A stretch of 64,000 nucleotides of DNA from IMG/VR virus record IMGVR_UViG_3300028603_000025, positions 1 through 64,000 of that record, one strand, 5' to 3'. This stretch comes from a virus (lineage: Duplodnaviria; Caudoviricetes). This document shows positions 39,332-48,904 of this stretch, piece by piece (positions within the stretch are counted from its first letter, which is position 1; each line of letters begins with the position of its first letter). The notes under the pieces are model-generated. The model saw only the letters and a program-made list of their open reading frames with translations, was not told the origin of the DNA and ran no database searches. The position numbers and the translations under genes are program-made.

Positions 39332-39848
39332 TACCAAGAGACGTTTCTTTATTGACCTTGACCATACGGTCGCAGACTTTAACGGAACGTTTCTATCTCA
39401 TTTCGGAAAAGGGCTATCTGAGTCTGGGCTGTATATGACGAACGAAGACTGGGATTTAGTTAACTCAGAGAAGAATTTCTATCTCAGGTTAACTAAATTC
39501 GAATACGCGGATGAACTGGTATCCGAAATCGTTGATATGTTTGGTTATGACCGAGTCTTCTTTCTAACCTCAAGTCCTCCTGAATACGAAGGCAATGCTT
39601 ATCAGGATAAGGTTCTCTGGGTAAGGAATAATATCCGGTTCAATCTTCCGGTAGTATTCAACAATCAGAATTTCGGAAAGGGTATGTTTGTCGAGAACGG
39701 AATCAATGATATACTGTTGGACGATAAACAGAAATGCATTCTGGACTGGAGAAGCCAGGGCGGAACCGGTATTCTGTTTGAGCAGAATATGGGATATGAT
39801 TTATCATGGTTAAGATGTTTTGATTACAGGAGTCTTACGAATGAGTGA
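39324..39848 (+). CDS. 5'(3')-deoxyribonucleotidase-like HAD phosphatase
   Basis: IDLDHTVADF (DxD), DKVLWV, LLDD and GGTGI. Confidence 0.8.
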   Translation: MLDTKRRFFIDLDHTVADFNGTFLSHFGKGLSESGLYMTNEDWDLVNSEKNFYLRLTKFEYADELVSEIVDMFGYDRVFFLTSSPPEYEGNAYQDKVLWVRNNIRFNLPVVFNNQNFGKGMFVENGINDILLDDKQKCILDWRSQGGTGILFEQNMGYDLSWLRCFDYRSLTNE

Positions 39849-40602
39849 TAAGAAGCTTACCGTGGTTATTCCGACCACGTTATCTCCTGACGTATATGAT
39901 TTACTGGATAACCTGAAAGGAAACGTTCCTGACCAGACTCTGATTTATCTGGTGATAGATGGTCAGGAACACCTTGACGAAGATTCAAAGATAAAGATAG
40001 CGTCGGCCCGAGCCAGATTTCAGGAACGGAACGGAGTTGAATTATATGAGATAGTTCTTCCTTTCTCTATCGGGAAGGGAGGATGGTACGGTCATAGAGC
40101 AATAGCAGGCTTTGCTCATATGATAAATACTCCGTATGTTACGTTCATTGACCAGGATAACTTGGTTGATGCGTTTCATTTCGTGACTCTTTTAGAACTG
40201 CTTGAGAAATACGAAGACCTTCCGTTTGCTTATTCTCATCGAACCATCATCGATAAACAGGGCCGTGACATATGTCTTGACGAATGTGAATCGTTGGGAT
40301 ATAAGCCTATCATGGGTAATGAACAGAACGGCTATCTGGTTGATACCTCGTCGTGGGTATATAGAAGACAGTTCATTGAACAGAACGGACATATCTGGCA
40401 CCATGGGTGGGGAGCAGACCGAAGGTTTACTATGGCAGTTCGTAATGGGGTCGGTCCAGAAATGATGGAGAAAGCATGTACCAAACTCCCGTCATTATTA
40501 TACAGGGTAGCAGGAAACGCAAATTCAGTGACCCCTGAATTCTTTATAACCGGAAACTCAAAAATTAAACTTCTGGAGAACAAAAATGTCAGTCCTGATT
40601 AG
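39841..40602 (+). CDS. GT2-like glycosyltransferase
   Basis: TVVIPT, VIDG, FIDQDN, VDTS and WGADR. Confidence 0.8.
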   Translation: MSDKKLTVVIPTTLSPDVYDLLDNLKGNVPDQTLIYLVIDGQEHLDEDSKIKIASARARFQERNGVELYEIVLPFSIGKGGWYGHRAIAGFAHMINTPYVTFIDQDNLVDAFHFVTLLELLEKYEDLPFAYSHRTIIDKQGRDICLDECESLGYKPIMGNEQNGYLVDTSSWVYRRQFIEQNGHIWHHGWGADRRFTMAVRNGVGPEMMEKACTKLPSLLYRVAGNANSVTPEFFITGNSKIKLLENKNVSPD

Positions 40603-40801
40603 AGCAGAAGATGCACGCAAAAAGGCTTTACGATTCATTGATTCAAACTTCAAACAGTTGTTGTTTAACGCTATAGAGAACGGAGATCTGTTTCTCATGA
40701 TTTCGGAACCATACTGGCCATCTGAAGAATTGTTAGTAGAACTGGACAATCTCGGATACTCTATTTATCAGGACGGAGATACCCTGGAGATAAGCTGGTG
40801 A
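40586..40801 (+). CDS. Hypothetical protein
   Basis: Overlapping ORF with GGAG RBS; ends in LGY...ISW. Confidence 0.6.
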   Translation: MSVLIRAEDARKKALRFIDSNFKQLLFNAIENGDLFLMISEPYWPSEELLVELDNLGYSIYQDGDTLEISW

Positions 40802-41628
40802 TAATCATTACCGGAGTCGATGGTTTTATCGGAGCATATGCCGCCAATACCTTCAAGAATGCAGGATATCGCGTTCTTGGGTTTGGTCAGAACTCGGTCA
40901 AGTCAGTAGGATTCTATGTAGATAGATATAAGACTGATATAAAAGCCATCCTCCATTTTGGAGCAATATCGTCAACCGATTCCACGAACCAAGAAGAAGT
41001 ATTCAAATGGAACGTGGAATCGACTATAAATGATATCCTTTATCCGGCTCAGAAGTATAATATTCCTATACATTTTGCTTCTTCGGCGTCTATATACGGT
41101 AACGTATCAAAGTATTGGTTTACAGAAACCGATGAGCCGAATCCGAACAGTATATATGCCGAATCAAAACTGACGTGCGAAACCGTTCTGAGTCTGTACG
41201 AGAAAGCATTCATATTCCGATATTTCAACGTCTATGCCGATAATCCCAGATGGGAATGGCATAAACATCAGCCTTCTCCCCATACAGGATTCGTTAAGCA
41301 GCTATCCACCCAAGGAATAATAAGGCTGTTTGATGGATCAGAGAATATCTATCGAGATTTCGTTAACGTCGTAGACGTCGTGGAATATCATCTTGAATTC
41401 GTCAAGAGGTCTCATAAACCGGGCATCTATAACGTCGGATCAGGAAGTTTAACCTCGTTTCAGGAAGTAGCTATTGACGTCTTAAATAAGTTCGGGTATT
41501 CTCCTGTTCTTATAAGAGAGATAGCGTTTCCGGAAAAGCTGAAGAAATACTATCAGTATCGGACGCTTGCAAATATAAGTAAGATAACACAGGAGATTCT
41601 ATATGATTTTGGTAACAGGCTGCTTTGA
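40798..41628 (+). CDS. hldD: ADP-L-glycero-D-manno-heptose-6-epimerase-like SDR
   Basis: MIIITGVDGFIG, HFGAISST, ASSASIYG, YAESK, RYFNVY, RDFV, GIYNVGSG and YQYRT. Confidence 0.8.
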   Translation: MIIITGVDGFIGAYAANTFKNAGYRVLGFGQNSVKSVGFYVDRYKTDIKAILHFGAISSTDSTNQEEVFKWNVESTINDILYPAQKYNIPIHFASSASIYGNVSKYWFTETDEPNPNSIYAESKLTCETVLSLYEKAFIFRYFNVYADNPRWEWHKHQPSPHTGFVKQLSTQGIIRLFDGSENIYRDFVNVVDVVEYHLEFVKRSHKPGIYNVGSGSLTSFQEVAIDVLNKFGYSPVLIREIAFPEKLKKYYQYRTLANISKITQEILYDFGNRLL

Positions 41629-42016
41629 TATTATTCACCGAGGCCATATTGAACTATTCGAGTACGCAAATGTCTTAGCTAAGAGAGGAGAATATTCGGA
41701 ACCGATATTCGTCTTGGTTGACTCCGATGCTCGAGTAAAACGCAATAAAGGAATCGAGAGACCTGTAAATAATCAGGACGATAGGAGATATGTCTTATCC
41801 GGAATGAAAGGACTTCAGGCGTCACGGATAATGATTTTCGATACTGATGAAGAACTAGTTGACGTCTGTGGAGATTTTAATCCCTTGAGAATAGTCGGCT
41901 CAGATTACAAAGGCCGCACGATTATCGGGGGAGAACACTGTAGGAAAATCGAATATTTTGAAAGACTTGAAAATTATTCAACCACAAAAACAATCAATGA
42001 ACTTACTAAAGCCTGA
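41603..42016 (+). CDS. Nucleotidyltransferase, HldE domain II-like
   Basis: GCFDIIHRGH (HIGH), KG..RPVN...R, GSDY and YSTT. Confidence 0.8.
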   Translation: MILVTGCFDIIHRGHIELFEYANVLAKRGEYSEPIFVLVDSDARVKRNKGIERPVNNQDDRRYVLSGMKGLQASRIMIFDTDEELVDVCGDFNPLRIVGSDYKGRTIIGGEHCRKIEYFERLENYSTTKTINELTKA

Positions 42017-42851
42017 AGAAGTATTAATAATCGGGGATACCTGCCGGGACCATAATCTAATCGGGGAAGTATCCGGTTTGTCGCCCGAAGCCCCGATTCC
42101 TATTTTAACCAATCCGCGACATGACCTGAGTCTAGGTATGTCGTACAACTTTGTCCGTAATCTGGAAAGGTTCTTTAAAGGTGTTCCGATTCCTGACGAG
42201 AACCTGTTGTTTAGCAAACATCCTTCTGATATCTGGAACTACATGGATGAACGTTCCGGGCAGAAACTGTTACGAGTAGACAAGATTAATAAACTGTTTC
42301 CTGAAGTGTTAACATTTGATAAGGTGTCTCAAAGGGTTCATGATAAAATCAAGGTAATCATTGCGATTGACTACGATACCGGGTTCCTGACCAGTTCGCT
42401 ACTTTCTGAGATAGCGGTTCAGTACGGTTCCTCAAAGTATCTGTATATTGATACCCGGAAACCGAATCTGACCCACCTTCAGGGATGGAAGATAAAGATT
42501 AACGATATCGAGGCCGCAAAAGCAAGGAAGGCAACCAAGGGATTCGATGACCTTGATTTAATCGTGACCCACGGTAAAGAAGGTTCAGAAACACATGACC
42601 TGTTTGTTCATCAGAAGAATAAAGTAGATGCGCGGGACGTAACCGGGTGCGGAGAAACCTGGTTAGCTACCTTCATTTATATGTACCATTCTGATGATAT
42701 CGTTAAGGCGCTGACTTGTGGTCAGCATGATTTGGAAGAAGTAATGAACCTCGCCAATCTTTCAGCATCGATTACTGCATCACACGTAGGAACGTATGCG
42801 CCAACCGTAAAAGAAATAGTTGATTTGTATTTGAAGACCAAAGGAGTTTAA
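41997..42851 (+). CDS. PfkB-family sugar kinase, HldE domain I-like
   Basis: IIGD, LSPEAPIP, LRVD, DY..G and DVTGCGET. Confidence 0.8.
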   Translation: MNLLKPEEVLIIGDTCRDHNLIGEVSGLSPEAPIPILTNPRHDLSLGMSYNFVRNLERFFKGVPIPDENLLFSKHPSDIWNYMDERSGQKLLRVDKINKLFPEVLTFDKVSQRVHDKIKVIIAIDYDTGFLTSSLLSEIAVQYGSSKYLYIDTRKPNLTHLQGWKIKINDIEAAKARKATKGFDDLDLIVTHGKEGSETHDLFVHQKNKVDARDVTGCGETWLATFIYMYHSDDIVKALTCGQHDLEEVMNLANLSASITASHVGTYAPTVKEIVDLYLKTKGV

Positions 42852-42852
42852 A

Positions 42853-43221
42853 ATGACCAGACTGACAGGATTCCAGCAGAAAGGATGGGGACACGAGATG
42901 ATTTTCGTGAGCAACGATAAGTACTGCGGAAAGAAACTCGTATTCCGGAAAGGTGGAAAATTTTCCATGCACTTTCACCGCGAGAAAGTTGAAACCTGGA
43001 TTGTTCTATCAGGAAAGTTTCAGCTTGAAATCATTAATACCAAGAATGCATGTAAGAAAGTCATTCTGTTGGAAAAAGAGTCAGTCTGGACAAACGAAGC
43101 CCTTGTTCCACATCAACTGACCTGTATTGAGGAAGGAACGATACTTGAGATAAGTACCCCGGATAGCGTGGAAGACAACTACCGAGTAATCCCCGGCGAT
43201 TCGCAGGCGATTGAAGTATGA
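42853..43221 (+). CDS. Cupin, sugar-isomerase-like
   Basis: KGWGHE, SMHFHREKVETW, PHQ, EIST and DNYR. Confidence 0.8.
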   Translation: MTRLTGFQQKGWGHEMIFVSNDKYCGKKLVFRKGGKFSMHFHREKVETWIVLSGKFQLEIINTKNACKKVILLEKESVWTNEALVPHQLTCIEEGTILEISTPDSVEDNYRVIPGDSQAIEV

Positions 43222-43529
43222 GAAACGAATTCAGGTTAAGCATTATTCTTATCGCCCTGATATGTTTCATTGTCTATTCAAACAAGTCGATGGCCGCAGA
43301 CGTATACATTCACGGAGGAGTCGGGGTTCCGCGCCTTCAGTTCCAGTTCCAATACGGATATCCGTACGGAATTCCTCCGCAAATGTATATCTATCCAAAC
43401 CAGAGATACCGAGGATATCAGGGAAACCGTTATATTCAGCGTCACGGACTTGAATATCAACACCAAAGACGTTATAATCGTCATCAACCCTCCTGCGTAT
43501 GGCATCGAGGACACTATCACTGCGACTAA
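43218..43529 (+). CDS. Small exported protein with Y/Q/R/H-rich low-complexity mature part
   Basis: Signal peptide ending SMAA; ATGA overlap with the cupin gene. Confidence 0.6.
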   Translation: MRNEFRLSIILIALICFIVYSNKSMAADVYIHGGVGVPRLQFQFQYGYPYGIPPQMYIYPNQRYRGYQGNRYIQRHGLEYQHQRRYNRHQPSCVWHRGHYHCD

Positions 43530-43544
43530 TCACCATGGGAATAA

Positions 43545-46130
43545 ATGAACCTTTACACAGATGTATTCCAGTATAAAAACAAACTCCTGGTAAGAAATAT
43601 CGAGGGTCTGAAGGAAGTTAAATTCAGACCTTCTTTATTCATACCTACCAAGAACGAAACAGAATATACGAACATGTTCGGGAAGAATCTCCGACAGGTT
43701 CAGTTCGATAAGATATCTGACATGCGGGATTACCGGAAACAGTATCAGGATATTCAGGATATCCATGGTAACTATAGCGCAGTCACCCAGTATCTTCATT
43801 CGACGTATCGTTCTGATATCGAATATGACTTGACGAAAGTCATTATCTATTCGATTGATATCGAGACCACGACAGAGAAAGGATTTCCGAACCCAGAACT
43901 CCCGGAAGAAGAGATTAACGTTATTACCATGACCGATGTAGTCACGGATAAGGCTATCACATTAACGACCTTGGATGCTGACTTGAATCAGATAAAGAAG
44001 AAGTATCCATTTGCCAAGGTAATGGTCATGGAGAACGAAGTTGAGTTAATCAAGAAGTTCATCTTCCTGTTCTCGCGTAGATATCCACATATCCTGACAT
44101 CCTATAACGGGGAAGGCTTTGATATTCCGTACCTGACTAATCGTGCCCTGGGAATCGTACCAGAAGCCTATTTTAAACGTTTATCGCCGTGGGGACTGGT
44201 CCGTGCATCAGAAATCCTTGATCCGATGACCAAGGAGAAGAAAGTAAATTATGAATGGATTGGAATTCAGTTAATCGATTACCTTCCTTTGTATAAGAAG
44301 TTCTCCCAGGCGTCCCCGGAAGATTACAAGTTGGATACCGTGGCAAATCATGAACTGGGAGAGAACAAGGTAGAGAATCCGTACGACACGTTTCAGGAGT
44401 TCTATGAGAAATCTCCGACCCTGTTCGTTGAATATAATATCAAGGATGCTTTGCTTATTAACAGACTGGACCGGAAACGTAAGCTACTGGCTCAGATTGT
44501 TGATACCGCATATTACGCAAAGGTTAACTACATAGACGTGTTCAAACCGATGCGGGTATGGGATTCATTGATTCACGACTATTTGTATCAACAGAACGTA
44601 ATCGTCCATAACCCCCCGAAAAAGAAACTTACCGAGAAGATTATCGGGGCCGCGGTAAAGGAACCGGTACCGGGGATATACGACTGGACAGTATCGTTTG
44701 ATGCAAAGGCACTATATCCCAGCATAGCACGGTCGTTAAATATGTCTCCCGAAACAGTAGTGAATACCGAATCGATATTTGAGAACGCTATCGACGGAAT
44801 AGACAGACTGTTAGAAGGATACGAAGAAACCGAGGACCTGAAGAAGAATAACTACTCGTTATCCGCGAACGGATTCTATTTCAGGCGAGATAAGATGGGA
44901 CTGTTTCCGACCATGTTCTCTCGAATAGGAAAACGTCGTGACGACGCAAAGAACCGAATGCTTGAACTAGATGCTTTCATACAGGCTAATCCGGACAAGG
45001 CCACTGATGAAATGAGGAACGAGAAGGAAACCATGAATTCAAAACAGGGTTCTTCTAAGATTCTGAACAACTCAGGTTATGGCGTTATGGCAGCCGAACA
45101 CTTCCGGTTCTTTGATACCAGGATATCAGAAGGAATCACGGCTACCGGACAGTTTGTTATCAAGACAGCAGAACAGTTCCTGAATAAAAGACTGAACGAA
45201 TACTTTAAGACCGAAGGAATCGATTACGTTCTTTACTCGGATACTGACTCGTTGTTTGTTAAGTTCGGGGGAGTTCTTTCGGATAAGGTAAAGAAGGAAA
45301 AAAGTAGCCAGGAAATCACCAACTTCCTTGATAAGTTTGCAAAGACCTATCTTGCCGATGTTCTGGAAGAGGCCATGAACGATATCGGGACCCGGTTAAA
45401 CGTGTTCGAGAATCATCTTTACTTTAAACGTGAGATGATTAATCAGAATCATCTGATGTATAAGAAGAAGAAGTATGCGTGTGCCTTGATTGATTCAGAA
45501 GGCGTAAGATATCAGAATCCAGAAATCAAGGTAAAGGGAATCGAGATTGTCAGAAGAACAACCCCGATGGTGGTGAGGAAGTATCTTAAGACCAGCGTAA
45601 ACAAGATGCTGATAGAGGGATATGATTCGTTTCTGGAATACTTTGAAGAAATAAGGGATTCGTGGAATGACCACGATTACAAGGATATCCTTCTGGGAAT
45701 AGGTAATAACGGAATGGACGTTTATTCGACTACAGACGATAAAGGAGAAGATGGGATAGAAGAAAAAGAGAACGAATCTGGACTTGATATGATTGAAAAG
45801 TATCAGGATGATGGTAAAGTATATAAGAAAGGTACGCCGTATCATATCAAGGCTTCTTTGATTTATAATCATAAAATCAAAGAGTTAGGCTTGGATAAGA
45901 AATATCCTTTGATACAGAACAGGGATAAGGTAAAGATAGCATTCCTGAAGATGCCGAACAAGCTGATGGTTGATACGATAGCCTTTCCGGATAAGTTGCC
46001 AGTAGAATTTGAAGTAGAAAGTCTGATTGATTACGAAAGGCATTTTGAGAAGACCTATCTGAGTACTATTAAAAGGCTATCTGATGCTATCGGATGGAAG
46101 TTAGAAAGAAGTTATTCATTATTTGATTAG
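43545..46130 (+). CDS. gp43: Family B DNA polymerase gp43
   Basis: DIET, YNGEGFD, SFDAKALYPS, KILNNSGYG, YSDTDS and KKKYA. Confidence 0.97.
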   Translation: MNLYTDVFQYKNKLLVRNIEGLKEVKFRPSLFIPTKNETEYTNMFGKNLRQVQFDKISDMRDYRKQYQDIQDIHGNYSAVTQYLHSTYRSDIEYDLTKVIIYSIDIETTTEKGFPNPELPEEEINVITMTDVVTDKAITLTTLDADLNQIKKKYPFAKVMVMENEVELIKKFIFLFSRRYPHILTSYNGEGFDIPYLTNRALGIVPEAYFKRLSPWGLVRASEILDPMTKEKKVNYEWIGIQLIDYLPLYKKFSQASPEDYKLDTVANHELGENKVENPYDTFQEFYEKSPTLFVEYNIKDALLINRLDRKRKLLAQIVDTAYYAKVNYIDVFKPMRVWDSLIHDYLYQQNVIVHNPPKKKLTEKIIGAAVKEPVPGIYDWTVSFDAKALYPSIARSLNMSPETVVNTESIFENAIDGIDRLLEGYEETEDLKKNNYSLSANGFYFRRDKMGLFPTMFSRIGKRRDDAKNRMLELDAFIQANPDKATDEMRNEKETMNSKQGSSKILNNSGYGVMAAEHFRFFDTRISEGITATGQFVIKTAEQFLNKRLNEYFKTEGIDYVLYSDTDSLFVKFGGVLSDKVKKEKSSQEITNFLDKFAKTYLADVLEEAMNDIGTRLNVFENHLYFKREMINQNHLMYKKKKYACALIDSEGVRYQNPEIKVKGIEIVRRTTPMVVRKYLKTSVNKMLIEGYDSFLEYFEEIRDSWNDHDYKDILLGIGNNGMDVYSTTDDKGEDGIEEKENESGLDMIEKYQDDGKVYKKGTPYHIKASLIYNHKIKELGLDKKYPLIQNRDKVKIAFLKMPNKLMVDTIAFPDKLPVEFEVESLIDYERHFEKTYLSTIKRLSDAIGWKLERSYSLFD

Positions 46131-46138
46131 GAGAAAGA

Positions 46139-47047
46139 ATGTCGATTCTTGACAAGATTAAAAAGAATAGTACCATTGGTTTAACATCAACGATTTCAGA
46201 ATCCACGGTGCTTCTGGATAAGTTTGAAATACCCACGAGCATACCTGCAATGAACATAGCATTGTCAGGTAGTCTTAAAGGAGGAATCACGGGAGGAACG
46301 ACGATATTTGCAGGGGAGTCAAAACGATTCAAATCGATGTATTCGTTGTTCTTGGTATCAGAATACATGAAGTCGTTTCCGGAATCGGTCTGTATCTTCT
46401 ATGACTCAGAGTTCGGAACTCCATTAAGCTATTTTGAGAAGATGGGAATCGACCTTGACAGGGTAGTTCATTGTCCGATTACTGATATCGACCAACTGAA
46501 GCATGACATAGTAGTTCAGCTAACAGAACTCGAAAGGAAAGACAGAGTAGTAGTCATGATTGATAGTATCGGAAATCTAGCCAGTAAGAAAGAACTGGAT
46601 GACTCGATAGAAGGAAAATCTGCAGCAGACTTTACCCGTGCAAAAACGTTAAAGGCGATGTTTAGACAGATTACGCCTATTCTGGCTGTTAAGGATATTC
46701 CGCTGATAGCGATTAATCATACCTATAAGGAAATCGGAATGTTTCCCAAGGATATACAATCGGGGGGTTGTCTGGAAGGGGGGACTAAGATAATCATGTC
46801 AGACGGCAGCACAAAAGCTATCGAAGACGTAAAGGTAGGCGACATGGTTAAAACTCTCGGGGGTGAAAATGAAGTATATGCGGTCTGGGACCCTGAAACT
46901 TTAGACGAGGGTGAACCTGAATGTTATCGGGTAACATTTGAAGACGGCAACTCTTACACCTGCTCCGCCAATCACAGATATAAAATCGGAGAGGAATGGG
47001 TTAAGGCAAAAGACCTTGTTGAAAATGACGATGTTGTTGCCATCTAG
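46139..47047 (+). CDS. uvsX: UvsX recombinase N-terminal part fused to split-intein N-fragment (IntN 46769-47044, 92 aa)
   Basis: GESKRFKS, YDSEFG, IDSIGNL, INHTY and SGG, then CLEGGTKI (intein block A) and SANHRY (block B), then stop. Confidence 0.92.
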   Translation: MSILDKIKKNSTIGLTSTISESTVLLDKFEIPTSIPAMNIALSGSLKGGITGGTTIFAGESKRFKSMYSLFLVSEYMKSFPESVCIFYDSEFGTPLSYFEKMGIDLDRVVHCPITDIDQLKHDIVVQLTELERKDRVVVMIDSIGNLASKKELDDSIEGKSAADFTRAKTLKAMFRQITPILAVKDIPLIAINHTYKEIGMFPKDIQSGGCLEGGTKIIMSDGSTKAIEDVKVGDMVKTLGGENEVYAVWDPETLDEGEPECYRVTFEDGNSYTCSANHRYKIGEEWVKAKDLVENDDVVAI

Positions 47048-48320
47048 GGAAATAGCGCAGGAAATCTCCAGATTCTATATGGAAACTTTCGGGGTGGAAA
47101 TTAAACCGACCCGAAAGTTTGTCTTAGTTGGTAAAGGGATGATTGAACTCGAAAACAAAACGTTAAATGACGTAATTCAGCGACATTTCGAGTTCATCAA
47201 GGCCAGGAAAAATTGTCCTGTCTCATGGATGGCGAATTACGGGGCCTCCTACGAAGATGCGTTAATCTATAGTGAATCCCCAAATGGATATAGGGTTTGT
47301 CTTAATTGTGGAGTGATTTATAAATCGGAGAACAACAGGTCGGGCTGCTGCTCCGAGAAATGTAGAGCAGAAAGGAAGACGCATACGTTTGTTCCTGAAT
47401 ATAGAGCCAAGAAAAACGGAATACCTATTCAACAAGCTATCGACGAAGTAAATGCCATCATGGCAAAGAAGGATAGTAAATCGTCGAAGTATTTCGAGAG
47501 TAAAGGATTCAGTCCGGAAGAGGCCAAGAAACTTTCTTCCGAAACACAGGCGAAAAGGAGCAAACGCACCATTGAGTATTTTACTTCGCGGGGATGTTCT
47601 TACGAAGAAGCCGTGGAGGAAAGAGCAAAGTACCAAAAAGATAAAGCAGATATCAGGTCTGCTAAGTATACCAAAGAAGAGCTTAGGATAATGAATCCCT
47701 GGAGCGATGAATTTTGGATGAACAAGGGATACTCGTTAGCAGAGGCAAAGGAAATAAAGTCTGGGTTTTTTAAAAAAGGAGCTGATGCCTATCTCTCTTT
47801 GCCGAGAGGGGTGCGACTGTCGAACAACCATCTACATTATTCTTACTGGAAGAAAAGATTTCCTGATTCGTGGGAAGAGAAATACGCTGACCACATGAAG
47901 GAGATTTATCATAAATCAGGAAGAGGGGTGTCGTCGATAGCAAAGGAATTTTGTTATTCTTTGCATGGTAAATTTGACTTCTGTTCCAATGTGTACTATT
48001 ATCCTGATGAATTTGGTAAGTTAATCAAGGAAAGCAAGAAGTACGTATTTTACGATTATGTTGATACGAGGAGAATGGTATGTGTAGAATTTAACGGAAA
48101 CTGGTGGCATGCAAATCCGGAGACCTATTCCCCAGATGATATTCTTATGGGAAAGACGGCTTCTGAAATCTGGAAAAGAGATGCAATCAAATTACAGACC
48201 ATCGAAGATTTTGGATTTCGGACGTTCGTAGTCTGGGAAAAGGACTACAAGAAAAACAAAGAAGAAGTGATTCAAACCATTTACGAGGAGATTATTCTGC
48301 ATGAAAATAGCAAAAATTGA
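47025..48320 (+). CDS. Free-standing putative homing endonuclease, Vsr/DUF559-like PD-(D/E)xK
   Basis: YDYVD...VEFNGNWWHANP...KRDAIK...VVWEKD; CxxC...CSxxC; repeated (Y/F)xxxG-x-S-x-EEA units; overlaps both uvsX halves. Confidence 0.8.
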   Translation: MTMLLPSREIAQEISRFYMETFGVEIKPTRKFVLVGKGMIELENKTLNDVIQRHFEFIKARKNCPVSWMANYGASYEDALIYSESPNGYRVCLNCGVIYKSENNRSGCCSEKCRAERKTHTFVPEYRAKKNGIPIQQAIDEVNAIMAKKDSKSSKYFESKGFSPEEAKKLSSETQAKRSKRTIEYFTSRGCSYEEAVEERAKYQKDKADIRSAKYTKEELRIMNPWSDEFWMNKGYSLAEAKEIKSGFFKKGADAYLSLPRGVRLSNNHLHYSYWKKRFPDSWEEKYADHMKEIYHKSGRGVSSIAKEFCYSLHGKFDFCSNVYYYPDEFGKLIKESKKYVFYDYVDTRRMVCVEFNGNWWHANPETYSPDDILMGKTASEIWKRDAIKLQTIEDFGFRTFVVWEKDYKKNKEEVIQTIYEEIILHENSKN

Positions 48321-48777
48321 AAAGGTAGGTAAAAGAAAGGTTTATGATATATCAGTTAAGGAAGTGGAACATTACATTTTAGATAACGGGGTAGTGTCCC
48401 ATAACACTTCTGTTCAATACAGCCCAAATTCGGTTTTCTTTGTCGGAAGAGAACAGGTTAAAGAAGGAACCCAGGTAGTCGGATACAAATTTAACCTTAC
48501 GATAGAGAAATCCAGACGGGTGCGGGAGAAATCAAAACTACCAATTGAGGTATCATTTGAAGAAGGCATCAACAAATGGTCTTCCCTTCTGGATATCGCC
48601 CTTGAACTTGGTCTGGTAATCGCACCGACTAAAGGATGGTATTCCCGGGTAATCGAAGGCGTGGTGGAAGAAAAGAAATGGCGGCGGAAGGATACAGATA
48701 ATAACGATTTCTGGGATGTATTATTGGAGGACCCTGAATTTGAAGCAGGAATTAACAAACTGTATCGTTTAGAGTAA
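48301..48777 (+). CDS. uvsX: Split-intein C-fragment (35 aa, 48301-48405) fused to UvsX C-terminal part
   Basis: MKIAKIEKVGKRKVYDISV...NGVVSHN|T, then YSPNSVFFVGR, EKSRRVREKSK and KGWY; GAGGAG RBS. Confidence 0.92.
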   Translation: MKIAKIEKVGKRKVYDISVKEVEHYILDNGVVSHNTSVQYSPNSVFFVGREQVKEGTQVVGYKFNLTIEKSRRVREKSKLPIEVSFEEGINKWSSLLDIALELGLVIAPTKGWYSRVIEGVVEEKKWRRKDTDNNDFWDVLLEDPEFEAGINKLYRLE

Positions 48778-48904
48778 TAAGAGTTGACAGGTCGATAAAG
48801 TTTACTATTCCTTCATCGACCTGTAGGAGAATAAAAGAGACAAAGAGACAAAGAGTGTGCGTTAAACAATCAGGAAGAAAAATATTAAACAAAAGGAAAT
48901 TAAC

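Noticed and set aside
44690-45830. gp43 deviations (DAKALYP motif A; acidic insert near the C-terminus) as a sign of modified-base replication
   Set aside because: Catalytic residues are intact and this variation cannot be interpreted without an alignment.
46938-48320. uvsX as a pseudogene or as an intron-interrupted gene
   Set aside because: Both halves carry intact intein blocks and the C-half has its own RBS; there is no non-coding space for an intron core.
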